Program-made: the position numbers and the translations under genes
Part shown: piece after piece, positions 1 to 8,902 of the stretch
Layout of the letters: the number at the start of each line of letters is the position of its first letter
Numbering within the stretch: the first letter of the stretch is position 1
NCBI GenBank assembly: GCA_044222185.1
Contig: JBGANV010000001.1
Span: forward strand, 448,001-512,000
Direction: 5' to 3'
From: Planctomycetota bacterium
Lineage (GTDB): Bacteria; Planctomycetota; GCA-002687715; CAIWVZ01
DNA: 64,000 nucleotides
The notes under the pieces: model-generated
Seen by the model: the letters and a program-made list of their open reading frames with translations, nothing else
Told to the model about the DNA's origin: nothing
Database searches by the model: none

Positions 1-91
1 CGCCGTCGACGGGAATAGGGGACGCCGCCTACAATCCCCGTCCCGCGCGCGGTCCGAATTCGGTCGGGTCCCGCGGAGTGGAGTGTCCGGC

Positions 92-2677
92 ATGCGATTG
101 TCCGCCGTTCTGCTCGTGTTCGTGAGCTCCTTCGCCGTCTCGTTCGCGCAGGAGTCGCGCCCGGCCTCTCGACCATCGATCCCGTCGCCCGAGGCATTCC
201 TCGCCCGCCGATTGGGCGACGTGTACACGCGGCACGCCGACATCGCGGCTTACGCGCACCTCGTCGCCGAGCGCTCCGATCGCGTGAGTCTCGAGAGCTA
301 CGGCCGCACCAACGAGGGACGAGAGCTGCTGCTCCTCGCCGTGACGTCGCCTGAGAACCACCGTCGCATGGCGACGATCCGTGCCGGTCTCGGGAAGCTC
401 GCTGACCCGCGAAAGATGTCGACCAGCGAGGATGCCAGGCAGGTGGCGGCCGATCTCCCCGTCGTCGTGTGGTTGTCCTACAACGTGCACGGCAACGAAG
501 CGTCGTCGTCAGAGACGTCGCTCGTCGTGCTGCACCGTCTTGCGACCGCGACGGATCCCGAGACGACCCGATGGTTGTCGCAGGCCGTGATCGTGATCGA
601 CCCGTGCCTGAACCCTGACGGCCGCGACCGATACGTGAACTGGTTCAACAGCGTGGTCGGGAGGCGGCCCGACGCGGACCCGGATGCTCGTGAGCACAAA
701 GAGCCATGGCCCGGCGGGCGAACGAACCATTACCAGTTCGACCTGAACCGCGACTGGGCGTTCGCCACGCAGGTGGAGACGCGATCACGCCTCCCGCACG
801 TCGTCGCGTGGACGCCGCAGGTGCACGTCGACTTTCACGAGATGTCCGCCGAATCCACGTACTTCTTCTTCCCGGCGGAGAAGCCGATCAACGCCAACTT
901 CCCGCCGAACACCCTGAAGTGGGGCAAGCTCTTCGGTCAGGGGAATGCCGCCGCATTCGACAAGCAGGGCCTGCCGTACTACACCTCGGAAGACTTCGAC
1001 CTCTTCTACCCGGGTTATGGGGACTCGTGGCCTTCGTTGACCGGTGCGATCGGCATGACCTACGAGATGGCCGGGCACTCGACCTCCGGAGCGGCTTACG
1101 TGCGGCGCGACGGCCAGATCCTCACGCTCGACGACCGCCTCCGCCGCCACGAGCTCGCCACCTACGGAACCATCGAAACGGCCGTGTCGAGGCGGCAGGA
1201 ATTGCTGCTCGACTACCATGCGTTCCGCAGGTCTGCGATCGAGGAAGGGCAGGGCGGCGCCGTTCGCGCGTTCGTCCTCTCGACGGCCGAGGACCCGACG
1301 CGGGCCGACGAGCTCGTCCGAAATCTGCGTCTGCAGGGAATCGAAGTCGCGAGGACGAAGGCTGGCTTCACGGTCGCGCGCACGCGCGACATTCACGGGC
1401 AGGCCGTCGTGGATCGCACGTTCGATGCGGGCACCTACGTCGTTCCGATGAACCAGCCCCTGAAGCGCCTGGCCAAGACCCTGCTCGAGCCTCGCACCGA
1501 GATCCACGAGTTGTATTTCTACGACGTGTCGGCTTGGAGCCTTCCGCTGATCTATGGCGTACCGTGCTACGAACTCGATCAGCCGCCAGAGGTCGAGCTC
1601 GAGGGCGTGGACGCCGTCGCCCGTCGACCGGGTTCCGTCGATCAGGCTGAGGCCACGGTCGGTTGGTTGATGGACGGCACGGCCAGCGCGTCCATGTTCG
1701 GCCTGGCGGATCTGCTACGCGCCGGCGTGCGCGTGCGCGCCGCCCGCAAGCCGTTCACTCACGGCGGCATCAAGTACGCGCGCGGGGGATTCCTCGTGAG
1801 GCGCAGCGACAATGGCCCCGACGTCGCCAGCACGATCGCCGGCGTCGCGGATCGGACCGGCGCCCGGTTCAAGGCCGTGAACTCCGGGTTGTCGACGGTG
1901 GGCGTCGATCTGGGGTCCGAGTCGTTCGGGCTCGTCTCACCGCCGCGGATCCTGCTCGGCGCGGGTCGTGGCATCGACTCGACGAGCTTCGGCGCTGCGC
2001 GCTACGTTCTCGACGTCGCCTACGATCTGCCGCACGGCGTCGTCGACCTCGACGATCTCGAGCGGATCGATCTGCGGCGGGCGACGGCGCTGGTGCTCCC
2101 CGACGGCCGCGCTCCCCGCAGCAAGGCTGCGCTCGAGGCCATGCGTCAATTTCTTCGTGATGGCGGTGTCGTCGTGGCGATCGGCGCCGCGGCGTTCGAG
2201 CTGGCCTCCGGTGAGAAGGAAGCCTTCTCCTCGGTGAGAAGCGGCGAGCCCAAGCGCGACGACTCCAAGCCGGAGACGACGACCCGGAAGGTGCGGTTCA
2301 TCGACGAGGAGGAAGCGGAGGCGCGCAAGCGACAGGCTCCGGGTTCCATCTTCACCGTCGAGCTCGACCCCGGCCACCCCCTCGCATTCGGGTATCGAAG
2401 CGACGTCACCGCGTTCAAATCCGGGCTCACGACCTTCGATCCCGAGGGGCCTGGCCGACACGTCGGGCTGTTCAAGGACGCGGCGCCGATCTCGGGCTAC
2501 GTCAACGACGCGGATGCGAAGGCCCTGCAGGGCCGGAGCTACGTGACGGTGGATTCGGTCGGGGAGGGATCGCTGGTCCTGTTTGCCGACGATCCGAACT
2601 TCCGCGGAGCGTGGCACGCGCTGTCGCGCCTGTTCCTGAACGCGTGCCTCTTGCTGCCGAACCGGCCCGTGCGATGA
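92..2677 (+). CDS. Secreted M14-family zinc carboxypeptidase with C-terminal class I glutamine-amidotransferase-like domain
   Basis: Signal peptide (MRLSAVLLVFVSSFAVSFA-Q). M14 motifs VHGNE, NPDG, DLNRDW, DFHEM. C-terminal LVLPDG..FLRDGG.VVAIG pattern. ATG 92 preferred over GTG 83. Confidence 0.85.
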   Translation: MRLSAVLLVFVSSFAVSFAQESRPASRPSIPSPEAFLARRLGDVYTRHADIAAYAHLVAERSDRVSLESYGRTNEGRELLLLAVTSPENHRRMATIRAGLGKLADPRKMSTSEDARQVAADLPVVVWLSYNVHGNEASSSETSLVVLHRLATATDPETTRWLSQAVIVIDPCLNPDGRDRYVNWFNSVVGRRPDADPDAREHKEPWPGGRTNHYQFDLNRDWAFATQVETRSRLPHVVAWTPQVHVDFHEMSAESTYFFFPAEKPINANFPPNTLKWGKLFGQGNAAAFDKQGLPYYTSEDFDLFYPGYGDSWPSLTGAIGMTYEMAGHSTSGAAYVRRDGQILTLDDRLRRHELATYGTIETAVSRRQELLLDYHAFRRSAIEEGQGGAVRAFVLSTAEDPTRADELVRNLRLQGIEVARTKAGFTVARTRDIHGQAVVDRTFDAGTYVVPMNQPLKRLAKTLLEPRTEIHELYFYDVSAWSLPLIYGVPCYELDQPPEVELEGVDAVARRPGSVDQAEATVGWLMDGTASASMFGLADLLRAGVRVRAARKPFTHGGIKYARGGFLVRRSDNGPDVASTIAGVADRTGARFKAVNSGLSTVGVDLGSESFGLVSPPRILLGAGRGIDSTSFGAARYVLDVAYDLPHGVVDLDDLERIDLRRATALVLPDGRAPRSKAALEAMRQFLRDGGVVVAIGAAAFELASGEKEAFSSVRSGEPKRDDSKPETTTRKVRFIDEEEAEARKRQAPGSIFTVELDPGHPLAFGYRSDVTAFKSGLTTFDPEGPGRHVGLFKDAAPISGYVNDADAKALQGRSYVTVDSVGEGSLVLFADDPNFRGAWHALSRLFLNACLLLPNRPVR

Positions 2678-2710
2678 GATCGCACCGGCGGGGCGGACCG
2701 CCGGTCGATC
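2678..2710. terminator. GC-rich hairpin between convergent genes (possible bidirectional terminator)
   Basis: ACCGGCGG (2684-2691) pairs with CCGCCGGT (2698-2705), extended by GATCG/CGATC. No U-tract. Confidence 0.45.
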
Positions 2711-4220
2711 AGTATTTCTTCCGCACGAAGGCGCGCCACTCCTCGTCGAGCTTGTTGAAGGTCCATCCATCGATGGCCTTCCCGAGGGCCTCTTCCTGGC
2801 TCGCCGTGTTCATGTTCTCGAGCCAGTTGACGAACTCGGCCTTCCGGTTCGTCATGAGCCAGTCGACGATGGCCCACCCCTCGGCCAGGTTGTCGCCCGT
2901 GAGGCTGTTCAGGTCGAGCTTGGAGAGCTCGTCCATGGAGGCGAGCGAGCCCTCTTTCATCATGCCCTTGCAGCGGTCCTTCGCGTCCTTGGTGGAGAAG
3001 CGGCGCTTGTCCGCCTTGCCGCCTTCGCCGCCGTACTGCGCTTTCGTCGAGCAGGCGATGTGACCCTGACCCAGACGAGCGTGCTCGAGGTAGTTGCCCC
3101 AGGCCTCGGACAGCCACGACGGCGTTCCCTTCAGCCCGCGCGAGAAGTGACGGATCGTGAAGTGGCCAGTGAAGTGCGCGAGGCGGTTGCGGACGTCGTC
3201 GTCGCCCTCGGTGACCATGCACCCGAGGAGGTCGGCGCTGAAGTTCGTGCCGTCCGTCAACCACTTGAAGTTGTCGTCGTCGATTCCGTAGCGGTTGCGC
3301 CAGTGCTTCAGCCACTCGTTCTTGACGGCCTTGTCCTTGAACGACCAGATCTCGGCGGGCTTGGGCCAAAGCGGGAAATCGTCCGGCTTCCCCATCTCCT
3401 TCAGGAAGTAGGAGTAGGTCTCTTCGCAGAACTTGCCGTACTCCTCGATCTTGGAGGGTGGGAACTGCATCATCGCCAGGCGGAAATGCTGCGTGCGGTG
3501 GATCCACACTTCCTCGCCGACGAGCTGTTTGAACTTGGCCATGTCCTCCTGGTCTTCAGGAGACGCGGCCTTGGTCCATTTGCCCTTCAGGTAGACGTAG
3601 CCCTTCTCCTTCATCACCTCTTCGGTGCTGCGCCAGCGGCCGTCGTCGTCCTTCGTGAACTTGGTCCGGTCCTTCTCGAAGAGCGCCTTGTCTTCCTTCG
3701 CGATCCAGCCGTCGGAGACCCGCACGAAGCCCTTGGCCTTCATCTCGGCCTCGCGCTCCGCCTTTCGCGCCGTGTCCGCCTCGGTCTTCGACTTGTACCA
3801 GCGATCGCCGACCTTCGTGTGGCCCAGGAGCTGGTTCGCCGTGTCGTTCTTTGGATCGGCCTTCAGCGCCTCGCGGGCGAGCGGTTGCCAGGCGCGGATC
3901 TTCTGCTCCTTCGCCCATTCGGCGACCTTGGCCAGCGCCTCGGCGTCGCTGCGATCGAGGCCAGAGAGCTTGGCGTCGAGTTCGGCATTGCCGGTGCGCT
4001 TCGTCTCCTCTTGCGATTCGACGTCCGCGAGCGCGTACTTGACGGTCTTGCCGTCCAGCGTCTCGATCTTGATCGAGGTCGCGGACTCCTCGACGACGAA
4101 TCCCTCGACCGTCGTGCCGCTCTTCAGCTTCACGACCGTGAGCTGCGCTGACGCGATGGTGCTCCCGAGGGCGAGCATGAGAACGACGACGAACGGGGTG
4201 AACAGCCTGCGGTCGGTCAT
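2709..4220 (-). CDS. Secreted hypothetical protein with degenerate gluzincin/DUF1570-like C-terminal domain
   Basis: Signal peptide MTDRRLF...ASA-Q. N-terminal VKLKSG..VEG.VVEE small beta domain, helical/K-E-rich middle, and AHFTGH...PSWLSEAWGNYLE resembling HExxH...PxWLxEGxAxY. Host-like codon usage. Confidence 0.7.
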   Translation of the reverse strand: MTDRRLFTPFVVVLMLALGSTIASAQLTVVKLKSGTTVEGFVVEESATSIKIETLDGKTVKYALADVESQEETKRTGNAELDAKLSGLDRSDAEALAKVAEWAKEQKIRAWQPLAREALKADPKNDTANQLLGHTKVGDRWYKSKTEADTARKAEREAEMKAKGFVRVSDGWIAKEDKALFEKDRTKFTKDDDGRWRSTEEVMKEKGYVYLKGKWTKAASPEDQEDMAKFKQLVGEEVWIHRTQHFRLAMMQFPPSKIEEYGKFCEETYSYFLKEMGKPDDFPLWPKPAEIWSFKDKAVKNEWLKHWRNRYGIDDDNFKWLTDGTNFSADLLGCMVTEGDDDVRNRLAHFTGHFTIRHFSRGLKGTPSWLSEAWGNYLEHARLGQGHIACSTKAQYGGEGGKADKRRFSTKDAKDRCKGMMKEGSLASMDELSKLDLNSLTGDNLAEGWAIVDWLMTNRKAEFVNWLENMNTASQEEALGKAIDGWTFNKLDEEWRAFVRKKY

Positions 4221-4497
4221 GGGCGAGTGTCTCCGGTAAACAACCGGCTGAACGCGAAGCAACGAGTGATCGACGGGCACGACATGCAAGGCGGACGCCA
4301 ATCGGCGCCATTGTGCCCGGCGACTCGCCAACCGCCAATAGCTGAGCGGGCGGATGTGGCGCCTGACACTCAGTTTGGGTCAGGTGCGGCGACGTAGGGC
4401 GGGGGAGCGAACGAGCTTCCAGCGGTGTCCAACGGCGGCCGAACCGTCCCCCCGAGAGGACATTCGACAGCCGCCCTGGACCCCGAGCCGCCGATCC

Positions 4498-5532
4498 TCA
4501 CTTCAAAAGCGCGCTGACGGACCGCTTGCGGTTGATGTTGAACAGCACGTGGCCGAACAGGTCGGCGACGCTCACCTCGTGGTACCAGGGGTGGGCTTTG
4601 AAGAAGCTCTCGCCGTGCATCACGGCGTCCGTGCCGATGAGCATCTCGAAGAGCCCTTCCTTCTGAGCCTTGTCGAGCTTCTCGGCCGCGTTCCCGTTCA
4701 GGAAGGGGATCGAGCAGGCGAGGTAGATCTCGGCGGCACCGTGTTCCTTCAAGAGGCGGCACGCGTTGATCAGCGTCCCACCGGTGGCGATGAGGTCGTC
4801 GGGCATGAGGATCCGGCGACCCTCCACGTTGCCGACGAGCCGCATGCTCTCGACGACGGACGCCTTCGAGTAGTCGCGCGCCTTGTCGACGACCGCCAGC
4901 GGGCATTGGAACTGGTTCGAGTAATACCGCGCCATGTCGGCGCCCCCGGTGTCGGGCGCCACGACGCAGAGGTTCTCGATCGAGAAGCGGTCGCGGAAGT
5001 AGTGGATGATCTCCTTCGACGCGTGGAGGTCTTCGAGGATCGCCCGCTGGAAGAAGCCCTCGATGGCTTCCGCGTGGATGTCGAGCGTGATGACCCGGTT
5101 GGCACCCGAGCTCTCCAAGAGGTTGGCGATCAGCCGGGCCGTGATCGGCTCGCGTCCCTTCTTGCGCTCCTGGCGTGAATAGGGGAATTGCGGGATCACT
5201 GCCGTGATGCAGTCCGGGTCTGACTGGTAGACCGCGTTGATGGCCGTGATGAGCGCCATCAGGTTGTCGTTCACCGTCTTGTCCGACTGCGGGTCGTCGA
5301 TGCATTGGAAGACGTACACGTCATCGCCGCGGATGTTCTCCTCGATGACGGTCTTCACCTCTCCATTCGCGAACCAGATCTCCTGGCTCTCGCGGACGAC
5401 GGGCTCGACCCGGCCGTCCTCGGAACGGATGAGGTTCACGATGCTGCGCTCGACACGGCTGGCGAACGCTCGCCCCGAGTTGCAGGCGACGATGCTGAGT
5501 CGACCACGATGTGCGTTGATCTGTTGCGACAC
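4498..5532 (-). CDS. prs: Ribose-phosphate pyrophosphokinase
   Basis: FANGE, PYSRQE, DIHA, VAPDTGG and PRPP-binding DDLIATGGTL. Start placed at GTG 5532. Confidence 0.95.
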   Translation of the reverse strand: MSQQINAHRGRLSIVACNSGRAFASRVERSIVNLIRSEDGRVEPVVRESQEIWFANGEVKTVIEENIRGDDVYVFQCIDDPQSDKTVNDNLMALITAINAVYQSDPDCITAVIPQFPYSRQERKKGREPITARLIANLLESSGANRVITLDIHAEAIEGFFQRAILEDLHASKEIIHYFRDRFSIENLCVVAPDTGGADMARYYSNQFQCPLAVVDKARDYSKASVVESMRLVGNVEGRRILMPDDLIATGGTLINACRLLKEHGAAEIYLACSIPFLNGNAAEKLDKAQKEGLFEMLIGTDAVMHGESFFKAHPWYHEVSVADLFGHVLFNINRKRSVSALLK

Positions 5533-5720
5533 GGCGAACCTCGACTCTGGGGTGGCGAGAGAGATCGGTGAAGGGGGCGGAACCTCAGCCGTGACCCGAC
5601 GACACGAGGAACGCGCCTGGCAGCGCGGGCGGATATTAGGGCTGGTCAAGGCCACCATCAAGAAACGAGCATGACGCGGCGAGTCGCCCGGTGCCGGAGG
5701 TCGGTTAGCATCCGCGCCTC

Positions 5721-6593
5721 ATGTGGCCGGTCGTCGCCAAGATCCCCCTGCCGTTCAAGGATGGCAGCCTCACGCTTTCGGCGTTCGGCCTCATGGTCGT
5801 CCTGGCGTTTCTCGCGGGCTCGTTCGTCATGAAGCGGCTCGCGCGACGCGAGGGGATCCTCGATGAGCGCAAGCTCGAGAACCTGTTCTTGTGGATCCTC
5901 GCGGCGATCGTCGTGGGCGCACGTGCGCTCTACGTCCTGACGAACCTGCATGAGTTCCAGGGGCGGTGGATCGACGTCATCCGGATCGACAAGGGCGGGA
6001 TGACGATGTACGGGGCGCTGCTGCTCGGTGCGTCGGTCGCGTGGCTCCAGATCCGCCGGTACGGCTTGCCGACCTGGCCGCTTCTGGATGCGGGGGCCGT
6101 CGGCGCCGCACTCGGTCTCGGGATCGGTCGAATCGGGTGTCTCCTCGTCGGGGACGACTACGGCAAGGAGTGCTCGGCCGACTTTCCGCTGCGAATCAAG
6201 TTCTCGACGCGACAGTCCCCAGGCGAGTTCCTCGGGATCACGATCCCCGCGAACAACGGGAACCTCGCCGGCGATCACGCGGGGTTGTGGCTGCACCCAA
6301 CCCAGGTCTACATGTCGATCAACGGGTTCCTATTGGCCGTGGTCCTCTATTGGCTCTGGAAGCGGAAGACGTTCCACGGCCAGATTTTCGCAGCCTTCTT
6401 CTTCCTCAAGGCCGTGACGCGCTCCGTCATCGAGGTGTTCCGGGATGACTCGGACCGCGGGTGGGTCGGGCCGCTTTCCACGAGTCAGTTCATCGGGCTC
6501 GTGACGGCCGTTGGCGCCGTCGCCCTGTGGCTCGTACTCTCGCGCCGTCCCGACTGCCGGGCTGGGCTCCCGCGCGCGCCGTCGCCCGGTTGA
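5721..6593 (+). CDS. lgt: Prolipoprotein diacylglyceryl transferase
   Basis: Multiple TM segments; GARALYV, GGMTMYG, GRIGCLLVGDDYG, HPTQVY, EVFR motifs. Confidence 0.93.
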   Translation: MWPVVAKIPLPFKDGSLTLSAFGLMVVLAFLAGSFVMKRLARREGILDERKLENLFLWILAAIVVGARALYVLTNLHEFQGRWIDVIRIDKGGMTMYGALLLGASVAWLQIRRYGLPTWPLLDAGAVGAALGLGIGRIGCLLVGDDYGKECSADFPLRIKFSTRQSPGEFLGITIPANNGNLAGDHAGLWLHPTQVYMSINGFLLAVVLYWLWKRKTFHGQIFAAFFFLKAVTRSVIEVFRDDSDRGWVGPLSTSQFIGLVTAVGAVALWLVLSRRPDCRAGLPRAPSPG

Positions 6594-6619
6594 CGCCCTC
6601 GCGCGCGCTCCCGTAAGCT
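6590..6619 (+). promoter_or_regulatory. Putative sigma70-type promoter
   Basis: TTGACG (6590-6595)-N18-TAAGCT (6614-6619) upstream of the 6639 gene. Confidence 0.5.
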
Positions 6620-6638
6620 GCGACCGAATGGGCGCGAG

Positions 6639-8894
6639 ATGAATCGGACACGCTGGGCCTTGATCGTCGTCATGGTGGGCGCTGCGGCCGTCTTCGCCGC
6701 CCTGCTCCACCGCGACATCAGCGCGCGAAAGGCGACAGACCCCGACCCGCTCGAGTTCCTCGACGTGAGCGCGACGCCGGGGCCGCTGCCGTCGGACCGC
6801 ACGTCGAACTTCCCAAGTCGCGCTGGACGGGATCGAGGCGACATCGAACGCGAGGGTGCACGCCTGGCGGTCTTCGTGCTCGTCGTCTCCGAGGATCGCC
6901 GTGAGCTGGCAAACCGTGCCGTCGGAGTCCGCCGTCGTGGGACCACGGGGCGAGCGACGACGTTCTCGAACTACCATGGTGAGGGACGAGTCCTCCTCGA
7001 GGAGAGCGACGACGTCGCCGCCGCGGTCGCCGCAGGCGAGGCCGAGGCATTCGTGCGTGTTCCGGGTCGCCCGGACGCCGTTGCACCGGTCGACCCGGCG
7101 GTCGACGGTGCCGCGCACGCGACCGTCGTCGCACCGCTCGGCGTCACGGCGTACCTCTCGATCACCGATGCACATGGGGTGCTGATCCGCGAGCGGTCCA
7201 CGCTCGTCGCGGTGAGCGTGGGGCAGCGCCCGCCCGCGCGCTTCGACGTTGAGAACGGCGAGGCCTTCATCGGAGGGCTCGAACCAGGGCTTCCGATCCG
7301 CTTCCAGGCGATCTTCGGGGACCGTGAACCCCGGGAGGTCACCGCGATCCTCGCGGGCGAGTTCGAAAAAGAGCTTCGCGTCTCGCTCGCCGCCGTCCCG
7401 CTTCCGTCCGTGTTGTCTGGTCGAATCGAGAGTCTTGCGGGACCCGGCGATCCGCGACACATCACCCCGGACGATCGCGTCCGAATCACCATCGGATACG
7501 GCGGCGCGTCCCTCGCGGACGTGTTCGTCGGGTTCTCGACCATCGAACGCGATGGCCAGTTTCGCGTCGCGGCGCCCGACGGCGAGGACCTCTACGTCGA
7601 GGCTTCGATCGTGGGCGGGGGGCGTCCGAGCGTCACCGCTCCATCCAAAGGAGTGCGGATCCCTCTGCTCAAGCGCAACGAGGAAGTGAACCTCGGAACG
7701 ATCCACGCAGTTGCAGAACCGGTTCTCGCGGACGGATTCATCCTCACGAGCGACGGTCGCGTGGCCGACGGCGCACTCGTCTGGCTCGTTCCCTCCACCG
7801 CGTCCGAATCCGGGCCGAGCGCCCGCTACTTCGCCGCAGCGCAAGCCGACTCGGCGGGGCACTTCGAGCTCCGCGGCACCACGAGCGGACCGTTCAGCGT
7901 CGTCGCGGGATTGCTGGCGGAGACGACGCGTCTGGATCGGGAGGTCAGTGCGCCGGTCCACGGGCTCGAGCTCACGCTCGCGCCTGCAGGACGGCTTGCG
8001 GGGAGCGTGGAGAACCTCCCGGTGCCTGATTACATGTCCCGGCCGTACGTGGAGCTTCGCCCGCGGGACGGCGGTCCTGGCGCCGTCACGGAGATCAACG
8101 CCGACGGGGAGTTCCGGGCCGACGTGGCGCCCGGGTGGTACGACGTCCGCTTCGTCGTGCCCGGGCTTGCGCCGAAGGTGATTCCGGACGTCGAGGTGCG
8201 TGCGGGCGACGTGCGCTACGACCCGCGGCTGCAGAAGGTCGTCGTTGCGAGCGAGTTCCGGACCTGCCGCGTGATCGTCACGAAGAAGGACGTGACCGAC
8301 GAGTCACGCAACCGCGCATCCGGTGCGACGGTTCGGGCGATGTTCGCCGAAAGCCTGCGGCAACGGCGCGAGCCGATCGTCGTGGTGGCCGACGGGTCGG
8401 GCGAAGTGCGATTCCCCTATGAAGTCAGTGGGAGGCCGCCGGCGCTGCTCGTGGAATACGCCGAGCAGCGGCAGGTGGGCTCTCAGGCGCTCTACTTCGG
8501 ATACCGTCCCGCGCGCGTCCAGACGGAGGATGCGGTCAACGTCGCTCTGGTGCCCGGCGCGCGCATCGAGTTCAAACCGGACGTCCCCGTCACGTCGGTC
8601 TCCGGCGACCTGCACCTGGGACTGCTCCTCGTCTGGAAGGAAGCGACCGACGGAGTGCGACCCGAGCTCGCCGAGCATCGCACCATCACGCTCGCCTGGC
8701 CGCACGGAGGGATTCCGGTCGTTGGCGCGCTTCCCGATGGAATCTGGGCGATCAACTTCGTCGTCGAGAGGGAAGGGAGCGGGGCGTTCTTCAAGACCTT
8801 CGACATGGGAACGTTGACGGTCCGTCAGCCCGACACTCTGGTTGCGGTCCCACTCGGTGTGTCCCGGTTCCTCGAGTCCATTCGCGGGAAATGA
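6639..8894 (+). CDS. Membrane-anchored protein with carboxypeptidase-regulatory-like (beta-sandwich) repeats
   Basis: N-terminal TM anchor; recurring G.(V/I)...DG..V.GA.V.L and AD..G.F motifs, plus VAPGWYDV. Confidence 0.6.
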   Translation: MNRTRWALIVVMVGAAAVFAALLHRDISARKATDPDPLEFLDVSATPGPLPSDRTSNFPSRAGRDRGDIEREGARLAVFVLVVSEDRRELANRAVGVRRRGTTGRATTFSNYHGEGRVLLEESDDVAAAVAAGEAEAFVRVPGRPDAVAPVDPAVDGAAHATVVAPLGVTAYLSITDAHGVLIRERSTLVAVSVGQRPPARFDVENGEAFIGGLEPGLPIRFQAIFGDREPREVTAILAGEFEKELRVSLAAVPLPSVLSGRIESLAGPGDPRHITPDDRVRITIGYGGASLADVFVGFSTIERDGQFRVAAPDGEDLYVEASIVGGGRPSVTAPSKGVRIPLLKRNEEVNLGTIHAVAEPVLADGFILTSDGRVADGALVWLVPSTASESGPSARYFAAAQADSAGHFELRGTTSGPFSVVAGLLAETTRLDREVSAPVHGLELTLAPAGRLAGSVENLPVPDYMSRPYVELRPRDGGPGAVTEINADGEFRADVAPGWYDVRFVVPGLAPKVIPDVEVRAGDVRYDPRLQKVVVASEFRTCRVIVTKKDVTDESRNRASGATVRAMFAESLRQRREPIVVVADGSGEVRFPYEVSGRPPALLVEYAEQRQVGSQALYFGYRPARVQTEDAVNVALVPGARIEFKPDVPVTSVSGDLHLGLLLVWKEATDGVRPELAEHRTITLAWPHGGIPVVGALPDGIWAINFVVEREGSGAFFKTFDMGTLTVRQPDTLVAVPLGVSRFLESIRGK

Positions 8895-8902
8895 CGCCGG
8901 GG

